In this document: one piece after another, positions 57,807 through 64,000 of the stretch
Position numbering within the stretch: the first letter of the stretch is position 1
Layout: every line of letters begins with the position of its first letter
NCBI GenBank assembly: GCA_000433255.1
Contig: HF998235.1
Location: 13-64,012 of the forward strand
Length of the DNA: 64,000 nt
Reading direction: 5' to 3'
From: Coprobacillus sp. CAG:605
Lineage (GTDB): Bacteria; Bacillota_I; Bacilli_A; RF39; UBA660
Notes under the pieces: model-generated
The model's input: only the letters and a program-made list of their open reading frames with translations
Databases searched by the model: none
Told to the model about the DNA's origin: nothing
Program-made: the position numbers and the translations under genes

Positions 57807-60329
57807 ATGGGTGTCGATATGAACGGATTAACAAAACAAGAAGTAGTACAAAGCCGTAAAAAGTATGGCTCAAATACCTTAACTAAAATAAAACCTAAAT
57901 CTTTATTTCAACTTATACTAGAGTCCTTTAGCGACCCAATAATTAAAATTCTTCTCATTGTTTTAGCTATTAAAATAGTTTTTCTTTTTCGTGATTTTGA
58001 CTTTTTTGAAACCATTGGAATACTAATCGCCATCGTTCTAGCCTCAGTAATCGGTGCTATCTCAGAGTACGCCTCGGAAGAAGCTTTCAAAAACTTAGAA
58101 GATGCCGCTAAAAACAACTATACAACTGTTCTTCGAGACAAAAAAATTTCTAAAATATTAAGCACTGACTTAGTAGTAGGGGATATTGTTATTCTTTATA
58201 GTGGAGAAGCCATTCCTGCAGATGGTATAATTATTTCTGGTACCATAGCGGTTAATGAGTCCTCAATCAATGGCGAAGCCAAAGAAAAGCATAAAAAAGT
58301 CAATGACAAAGTATTTTCTTCCACCATTATTTACGATGGTGAAGCTAGAATGTGCATTACTGCTGTAGGGGATTCTACTTTAATTGGTTCATTAGCTAAA
58401 GATATTCAAACCCAAGACACAACAAGCCCCCTAAAAGACCGTCTAACATCTTTAGCCAAAATAATTGCTTTAATTGGCTATATTGGGGCCATTTTAGTCG
58501 CTATAATCTATCTTGTTACCTCTAAAGATTATAGTATAAATAATATTTTATATGCTCTAACACTAAGTGTCACCGTCATAGTTGTAACAGTCCCAGAAGG
58601 CTTACCAATGATGATTACCTTGGTTTTATCTTCTAATATGAAAAAAATGCTTAAGGAAAATGTCTTAGTTCGTAAACTAGTAGGCATCGAAACTAGTGGT
58701 AATATTACTTGCTTGCTAACAGATAAAACCGGTACCTTAACTGAAGGTATTCTAAAAGTATCAAGTATAGTAACACCAAGTTCTAACAAAGTTACAAATT
58801 TATCTAATTTAAATCAAACACTAAAAACTGAAATCACTAACAACTTATATTACAACAACTCCAGTAGTTATGATACCTCTGGTCAAATAATTGGTGGTAA
58901 TGCCACTGACAAAGCCATCTTACAATTCATAAAAAAGCCCATAACTAATCACCAAATCACTAACAAAATTCTTTTTAACAGCGATCTAAAATACAGTGCT
59001 GTAACTTTAGATAACAATATTACTTACCTTAAAGGTGCTAAAGAAGTCCTTCTAGATAAATGTATTTACTATATTAACGAAGTTGGCGAAAAAAAGATAA
59101 TTACTAAGAAAGAAGCTATCTCCAAAGAAATCGAAAATATCTCGGCAACTGGAGTTCGCATTATTCTTTTAGCTATGAGTAAGGACTATGACCCTACTAA
59201 ATCAAATCTAACTTACTTAGGTTATCTTATTATCAAAGATAATATTAGATCAAATGCTACATCATCTGTTAATACACTTCACCAAGCAGGTATCAATGTT
59301 ATCATGATTACAGGTGATAATATAAATACAGCTATTTCTATCGCTAAAGAAACCAACATTATAACATCTAAATCAGATCTGGCTCTAACTTCTTTAGAAT
59401 TTAATAAACTAAGTAATGAAGAAATAATTAAGATCTATCCTCATTTAAAAGTAATTGCCAGAGCACTTCCTAACGATAAAAGTAGGCTAGTAAAAATATT
59501 AAAAGAAAACAACCAAATTGTCGGTATGACTGGTGATGGTATTAACGATGCAGGGGCTTTAAAACTTGCTAATGTTGGTTTTGCCATGGGTTCTGGTACC
59601 GAAGTAAGCAAAGAAGCTGCCGATATAATAATTTTAGATAATAACATCAAATCCATAACCAAAGCCGTTCTTTTCGGACGTACCATCTTTAAAAGCATAA
59701 GAAAATTCATAATATTCCAACTAACTGTTAATATATGTGCCATGATAATGGCCATTATTGGCCCTATCTTAAAACTAGGTACTCCTGTAACAGTCATTCA
59801 AATGCTATGGATAAATATGATTATGGATACCCTAGCTGGTATTGCCTTTGCTCACGAACCACCTCTTAAAGAGTACATGACCCAGCCACCAAAGACTAAA
59901 AACGAACCCATTATAAATCGTCTTATGTTTAATCAAATAATAATAACTGGGTTATATTCCTCACTTCTAGGTATTCTCTTCTTAAAACTTCCTATAGTTT
60001 ATAAAGTTATTCGCTATAGTACCGACGATCGTTACCTTCTAACCGCTTACTTTGCTTTATTTATTTTTATTGGTATATTTAACGCCCTAAATGCCCGAAG
60101 CCCTAGACTTAATGTTTTTGCTAATCTTACTAAAAATATTCCATTCATTATTATCTTTGGTCTTATTATTATCATTCAAATTTATCTTATCTACTTTGGT
60201 GGTTCCCTTTTTAGAACATATGGCCTAACCTTAAAAGAACTAATATTTACCATAACAATCGCTCTAAGCGTAATTCCCTTTGATATCCTAAGAAAACTAA
60301 AAGTTAAAGATCGTTTTAAAACCCACTAA
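57807..60329 (+). CDS. P-type cation-transporting ATPase (Ca2+-ATPase-like, P2 type)
   Basis: DKTGTLT phosphorylation site, TGDN, GDGINDAGALK and PEGLP in TM4. ATG 57819 is an alternative start. Confidence 0.9.
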   Translation: MGVDMNGLTKQEVVQSRKKYGSNTLTKIKPKSLFQLILESFSDPIIKILLIVLAIKIVFLFRDFDFFETIGILIAIVLASVIGAISEYASEEAFKNLEDAAKNNYTTVLRDKKISKILSTDLVVGDIVILYSGEAIPADGIIISGTIAVNESSINGEAKEKHKKVNDKVFSSTIIYDGEARMCITAVGDSTLIGSLAKDIQTQDTTSPLKDRLTSLAKIIALIGYIGAILVAIIYLVTSKDYSINNILYALTLSVTVIVVTVPEGLPMMITLVLSSNMKKMLKENVLVRKLVGIETSGNITCLLTDKTGTLTEGILKVSSIVTPSSNKVTNLSNLNQTLKTEITNNLYYNNSSSYDTSGQIIGGNATDKAILQFIKKPITNHQITNKILFNSDLKYSAVTLDNNITYLKGAKEVLLDKCIYYINEVGEKKIITKKEAISKEIENISATGVRIILLAMSKDYDPTKSNLTYLGYLIIKDNIRSNATSSVNTLHQAGINVIMITGDNINTAISIAKETNIITSKSDLALTSLEFNKLSNEEIIKIYPHLKVIARALPNDKSRLVKILKENNQIVGMTGDGINDAGALKLANVGFAMGSGTEVSKEAADIIILDNNIKSITKAVLFGRTIFKSIRKFIIFQLTVNICAMIMAIIGPILKLGTPVTVIQMLWINMIMDTLAGIAFAHEPPLKEYMTQPPKTKNEPIINRLMFNQIIITGLYSSLLGILFLKLPIVYKVIRYSTDDRYLLTAYFALFIFIGIFNALNARSPRLNVFANLTKNIPFIIIFGLIIIIQIYLIYFGGSLFRTYGLTLKELIFTITIALSVIPFDILRKLKVKDRFKTH

Positions 60330-60396
60330 TACTTTTTTCTATTTAAATTTTTTTGAACTTATGATACCATATTTATAGATAGAAAGATGTGGTACT

Positions 60397-61116
60397 ATGA
60401 ATAAAAAAGGTTTTGTATTTGTCGAAACAATTATCGTTGTAACTGTTCTTGCTAGTTCTCTATTAATGGTATATGCAACCTTTACTACCATATTATCTAG
60501 TGAAAAACGTCGCGTTATGTTTGACGACCCAGCTTATATCTACCGTACTTACTACTTAGAAAATTTCTTAGTATCCTTAAATATGGATCAATATGTTTCT
60601 AAGTACTTAAGTAAAACTGATACTACTAAGCAAAAAATAATCGAACTTGATTGTGGTGATATTTCTTTATATAACGCTGTTAATGCTGAAGCTGAACTTA
60701 ACGGTGGTGAATTAAAAAAACGTATTTTTTGCGAAGATGCCATTAAAAGTACCAATAATAAACTAAACGTTAAACATATCTTCATAACCTTCTATGATAT
60801 AACCGACTTTAAATCGTGCACAACAAAAACTGGTAAAATATCTAACAATGCCACTTGTAAAGAATATCGTGATGCCCTAAAAAATATCAATGTTAATATG
60901 ATTTATTATATAAGAACTTTAACTGGTACCGGCCAAGGCTACCGCATCATTGTAGAATATGAAGAAACAGAGTTAGATAAATCCAATGCTAAAAGTCCTG
61001 TAAACGGCAATTGTGGAACAAATTATCAAATTGATGGTAACAAGTGTTATCGTAAAATAACCAAAAACTATTTCAATAATGTAATAATGGTACCAAGAGG
61101 TGATATTAGTGAATAA
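60397..61116 (+). CDS. Prepilin-type N-terminal cleavage/methylation domain protein (pseudopilin-like)
   Basis: MNKKG|FVFVETIIVVTVL has a class III signal with Gly-1 and Glu+5. The C-terminal domain is large and Cys-containing. Confidence 0.65.
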   Translation: MNKKGFVFVETIIVVTVLASSLLMVYATFTTILSSEKRRVMFDDPAYIYRTYYLENFLVSLNMDQYVSKYLSKTDTTKQKIIELDCGDISLYNAVNAEAELNGGELKKRIFCEDAIKSTNNKLNVKHIFITFYDITDFKSCTTKTGKISNNATCKEYRDALKNINVNMIYYIRTLTGTGQGYRIIVEYEETELDKSNAKSPVNGNCGTNYQIDGNKCYRKITKNYFNNVIMVPRGDISE

Positions 61117-61693
61117 AAAAGGTTTAACTTTAGTTGAGCTAATCTTTAGCTTAGCTCTTATATCTATAATAATGGTATTTATCTTTAATCTATTAGGTGA
61201 TTTAAAAACCGAGGACTCATTAAGTAAAACAAGAAGTGAAGACAGCTTAACCCGTTCAACAGTCATAAATCTAATTCAAAATGATTTTATTAAACTTGGC
61301 CTTTATAGATGGTCTTCTTGTAATCAAAGTGGTTCCTTAATATGCATAAGTTTCACTTTCAAAGATAATACAACCAAAAATCTCCATGTTTACGAAGATT
61401 TTATTGCCTATGGTGCTCCTGGAATGATGGAAAAATGGACTCTTCAAGGAGGAAAGTTCACCCTAGACAACTTCTCATATTGCTTTAAAACAACAATTGA
61501 AAATCCCAAAGATAGATTTGATACAGCAAGTCCTAACTATTACTTAAAAATATTTATTCCTGTAACCCACGACGTAAAATCTAAGCGTAAATATGATTTT
61601 GAAATAATGAGTATGGGAAAAATGACTGATATTTATGCTTCAAACCCTAATTCATTAACCTTTAATGGTCAAACTAAAGACAATGTCTGCTAA
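61109..61693 (+). CDS. Prepilin-type N-terminal cleavage/methylation domain protein (pseudopilin-like)
   Basis: GTG 61109 follows an AGAGG RBS. MNKKG|LTLVELIFSLALISII has Glu+5. Confidence 0.65.
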   Translation: MNKKGLTLVELIFSLALISIIMVFIFNLLGDLKTEDSLSKTRSEDSLTRSTVINLIQNDFIKLGLYRWSSCNQSGSLICISFTFKDNTTKNLHVYEDFIAYGAPGMMEKWTLQGGKFTLDNFSYCFKTTIENPKDRFDTASPNYYLKIFIPVTHDVKSKRKYDFEIMSMGKMTDIYASNPNSLTFNGQTKDNVC

Positions 61694-63210
61694 TCATTAA
61701 TTATCTCTAACTTACGGAGATAATTTTTTTCTAACTCCTTTATAAACAAAGACTTACTAGAATATGGTACCATTAAAAAACAATAATTCTTCGTCCTTGT
61801 AATACCTACATAAAATAATCTTCTTTCTTCGTTATAAGGATACTTATCATTAACTATTGCCACATCCCCTAAATATTCATGATCTTCTATTTTATTAGGA
61901 AAACCCATTATACTATCCCTAAGATTAATCATTATTACATTATCACATTCTAACCCCTTAGACTTATGAATAGTCATATAAGTAATATCAACATCTTCAT
62001 ATCCTATCATAACAACCTTATCATCAACCAACTTAAAATTCCTATTATCTAAAATCATACCTCTATCTTTATTATTCCTTCCTAAAATTAAATACTTACT
62101 TTCCTTATTTTTTAAAATAACTTTCTTAATAGAGGAGGCAATATCCTTATAATAAACAATCTTCAAAGGCTTATCTAACCTCTTAGCAGATTTTAATTTC
62201 TTATCTATCTGTCTTTTATTCTGCATCACAAAACTTCCTGCAATATCAATCAACTCTTGACTATTACGATATGTATTTTGAATTTTTAAAATCTTACCAT
62301 TTAAAAAATACTTCTTAAAATTAATAAATAAATCTAAATCACACCCTGTAAATCTATATATCGACTGAAAATCATCTCCCACCACCATATACCGGCATCC
62401 TATCTTCAGAAGCATTTCTCTTATCAAGTAAAATCTAATCAAAGAAGTATCTTGATACTCATCAATAATAATAATCTTATACTTAAATATAACCCCACCA
62501 CTTTTTACAACCTCACAAGCTCTTATTATCAAATCATCAAAATCTAACTCTTTTTCTTCCTCTAAATACTTTTGATATCTTAAATAAATATTTAAAACCA
62601 CCATTACAAAATCTTTCTTCTTTTCATACTTCCAAAACTTCCATCTATCTTTTTTAATAATTTCCTTAAAATAACTTATGTCATACCCATTACATTTAAA
62701 AAGTCTTATATACTTAGCAATTAATTTCTCATACTCTAAGACTAAATCAGTATTTTTATATATAAAATTCTTGTATTCTTTTAAACTCTTTGCTTTTATA
62801 TTAAAAAAACTAAGTATCGCTTGATAATGCTTCTTACTTTCTAAAACATCTTGATAAATATACTTATTAATAATTCTTTCTAAAGTTTCATTATCTGTAA
62901 TATCAAAACTTATATTATTTTCTTCTAAAATTCGCATCGCTAACTTATGAAAAGTATAAACATCCATATCTGTATTAAATTCATTCTTAATTTTATCTTT
63001 TAAACTTTGAGCTGCTGCTCTAGTATAAGATATACAAAGTATCTCTTCCGGACGAATATTTTTTTCATAAATTAAATATTTTATCTTACCAAGGATAGTT
63101 AAAGTTTTACCAGATCCTGCCCCCGCAACCACTAACAAATATCTACTATTATCCATGACAATCTTCGTTTGTTCTTCATCTAAGTAATATTTTCCAATTT
63201 GTATTTTCAT
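61690..63210 (-). CDS. UvrD/Rep-family (SF1) helicase, short form
   Basis: AGAGSGKT Walker A, IIIDEYQDTS, YRNSQE and TIHKSKGLECD motifs. ATG 63210 follows a GGAGGG RBS. Confidence 0.8.
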   Translation of the reverse strand: MKIQIGKYYLDEEQTKIVMDNSRYLLVVAGAGSGKTLTILGKIKYLIYEKNIRPEEILCISYTRAAAQSLKDKIKNEFNTDMDVYTFHKLAMRILEENNISFDITDNETLERIINKYIYQDVLESKKHYQAILSFFNIKAKSLKEYKNFIYKNTDLVLEYEKLIAKYIRLFKCNGYDISYFKEIIKKDRWKFWKYEKKKDFVMVVLNIYLRYQKYLEEEKELDFDDLIIRACEVVKSGGVIFKYKIIIIDEYQDTSLIRFYLIREMLLKIGCRYMVVGDDFQSIYRFTGCDLDLFINFKKYFLNGKILKIQNTYRNSQELIDIAGSFVMQNKRQIDKKLKSAKRLDKPLKIVYYKDIASSIKKVILKNKESKYLILGRNNKDRGMILDNRNFKLVDDKVVMIGYEDVDITYMTIHKSKGLECDNVIMINLRDSIMGFPNKIEDHEYLGDVAIVNDKYPYNEERRLFYVGITRTKNYCFLMVPYSSKSLFIKELEKNYLRKLEIIND

Positions 63211-63286
63211 AGATCCCTCCACTAATATATATTACCGCTATACCCCTGATTTTCTTTTTTTCTTTTTTCAAAACAATAAAAAAGAG

Positions 63287-63844
63287 TTATTTTTGTATTT
63301 TTTTATACTCTTCATATAACTCTTTAAATCTATTATAGTGAACAACTTCTCTTTGTCTTAAGAATAATAATGGTTCGATTAAATCAGGATCTTTTGCTAA
63401 TGAAAGCATATTTTCATATCCTGCACGGGCTTTTTCTTCCGCTGCCATATCCTCACACAAATCAACAATTGGATCTCCCGTCGATGCAAAATAACTTGCT
63501 GTAAATGGCACTCCTGAAGGATTTACTGGATAAACACCTTTACCATGTTCTGTATAATACTCAGCTAACCCCGCTGCCTCTAATTCTTCTAACGTTGCAT
63601 CCTTAATTAACTGTCTAAACATCGTTGCAATCATTTCACAATGCCCAAGTTCCTCTGTTGCAATCATATTAAGTAAAGCTTTTCCTTTAGCATCCGGCAT
63701 CGCAAAACTTTGCGAAAAATACCTTAACGCCGCTGCAAGCTCACCACCATAACCACCTAAACCTGCAATAATATACTTAGCCATCCTTAAATCTTTTTTC
63801 TTAATATTAACCGGAAACGCTAAATGCTTTTCATACTTATACAT
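63287..63844 (-). CDS. cotJC: Spore coat protein CotJC (manganese-catalase family)
   Basis: GGELAAALRYFSQS ... EELGHCEMIA ... REVVHYNRF. ATG 63844 overlaps the cotJB stop. Confidence 0.88.
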   Translation of the reverse strand: MYKYEKHLAFPVNIKKKDLRMAKYIIAGLGGYGGELAAALRYFSQSFAMPDAKGKALLNMIATEELGHCEMIATMFRQLIKDATLEELEAAGLAEYYTEHGKGVYPVNPSGVPFTASYFASTGDPIVDLCEDMAAEEKARAGYENMLSLAKDPDLIEPLLFLRQREVVHYNRFKELYEEYKKIQK

Positions 63845-64000
63845 AATAAACCCCCGCATCATTATCCCAAGGCCAAGGATTTTTATAATACTCATAACTA
63901 TCTTTATTTATACTACTCAAAACTAAAGGCCTATAATTCTTCTCAAACTCATTTAAATATCTCTTATACTCACTGGTATACTCCTTAAACTTATTAAACA
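63837..64000 (-). CDS. cotJB: Spore coat protein CotJB (5' end outside the window)
   Basis: Manual translation gives ... YKRYLNEFEKNYRPLVLSS ... YKNPWPWDNDAGVYYV*. This includes the characteristic PWPW motif and a translationally coupled stop. Confidence 0.7.
   Translation of the reverse strand, partial: FNKFKEYTSEYKRYLNEFEKNYRPLVLSSINKDSYEYYKNPWPWDNDAGVYYV

Noticed and set aside
61690-63210. The UvrD-like helicase as the GajB component of a Gabija-type defence system
   Set aside because: No OLD-family ATPase/nuclease (GajA-like) or any other defence-type partner is adjacent. The neighbours are cotJC and convergent pilin-like genes. It is treated as a stand-alone SF1 helicase.
1-64000. Alternative genetic code (UGA = Trp), given the Mollicute-like AT-richness
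   Set aside because: TGA clearly terminates well-defined genes (for example rnpA at 33378-33380, the spoIIQ-like gene at 53913-53915 and the integrase at 8-10). Long conserved ORFs need no TGA read-through, and Trp is encoded by TGG.

Overview
AT-rich (roughly 70% A+T by eye) chromosomal segment that uses the standard genetic code (TGA acts as a stop). It comes from an endospore-forming Bacillota-type bacterium and is centred on the replication origin. dnaA (31040-32410, minus) sits between two DnaA-box clusters, and genes diverge from about 32.5-32.9 kb.

Left arm, almost all minus strand: dnaA-dnaN-(comK-like)-recF-gyrB-gyrA, a 940-bp ORF-free gap, then ffs-tadA-dnaX-ybaB-recR-(bofA-like)-holB-ricT-trmN6-pth-mfd-spoVT-[T-box]metG-tatD-yabE-like-rsmA-yabG-veg-spoVG-yabP-yabQ-divIC-(degenerate ecfA-like pair)-truA-secA. 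It ends in a truncated phage-type integrase at the window edge.

Right arm, mostly plus strand: rpmH-rnpA-yidC-jag-mnmE-mnmG-rsmG-(noc-like parB paralogue), then PBP1, argS, rpoE, prfA, prmC, spoIIR, mntP, murA, rpmE, rpiB, spoIID, spoIIQ-like, an orphan LytTR regulator, csp, hpf, carD-like, a P-type ATPase, two prepilin-like genes, a UvrD-like helicase and cotJB/cotJC. No rRNA, tRNA or CRISPR was seen.

Most notable observations:
1. The gyrA-ffs gap holds seven identical copies of an 18-bp perfect palindrome whose core is a perfect parS site (TGTTTCACGTGAAACA), forming a compact centromere-like array about 9 kb from dnaA.
2. Six copies (four perfect) of the Noc-binding-site palindrome ATTTCCCGGGAAAT lie within 10.3 kb of the same origin flank. 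Three sit inside genes in the same codon phase, each encoding YFPGN.
3. The only ParB-family gene in the window is Noc-like. It has a roughly 215-aa low-complexity insertion and lacks an N-terminal extension, and the canonical soj-spo0J genes are missing after it.

Secondary items: a degenerate EcfA-like pair without EcfT, a ComK homologue inside the dnaA operon, a duplicated inverted DnaA-box hairpin element, an uncalled BofA-like small ORF, a short SRP RNA, a spoIIR with no canonical in-frame start, and an orphan pseudopilin pair.

All calls rest on reading the sequence and the ORF translations against remembered family motifs. No database search was run.
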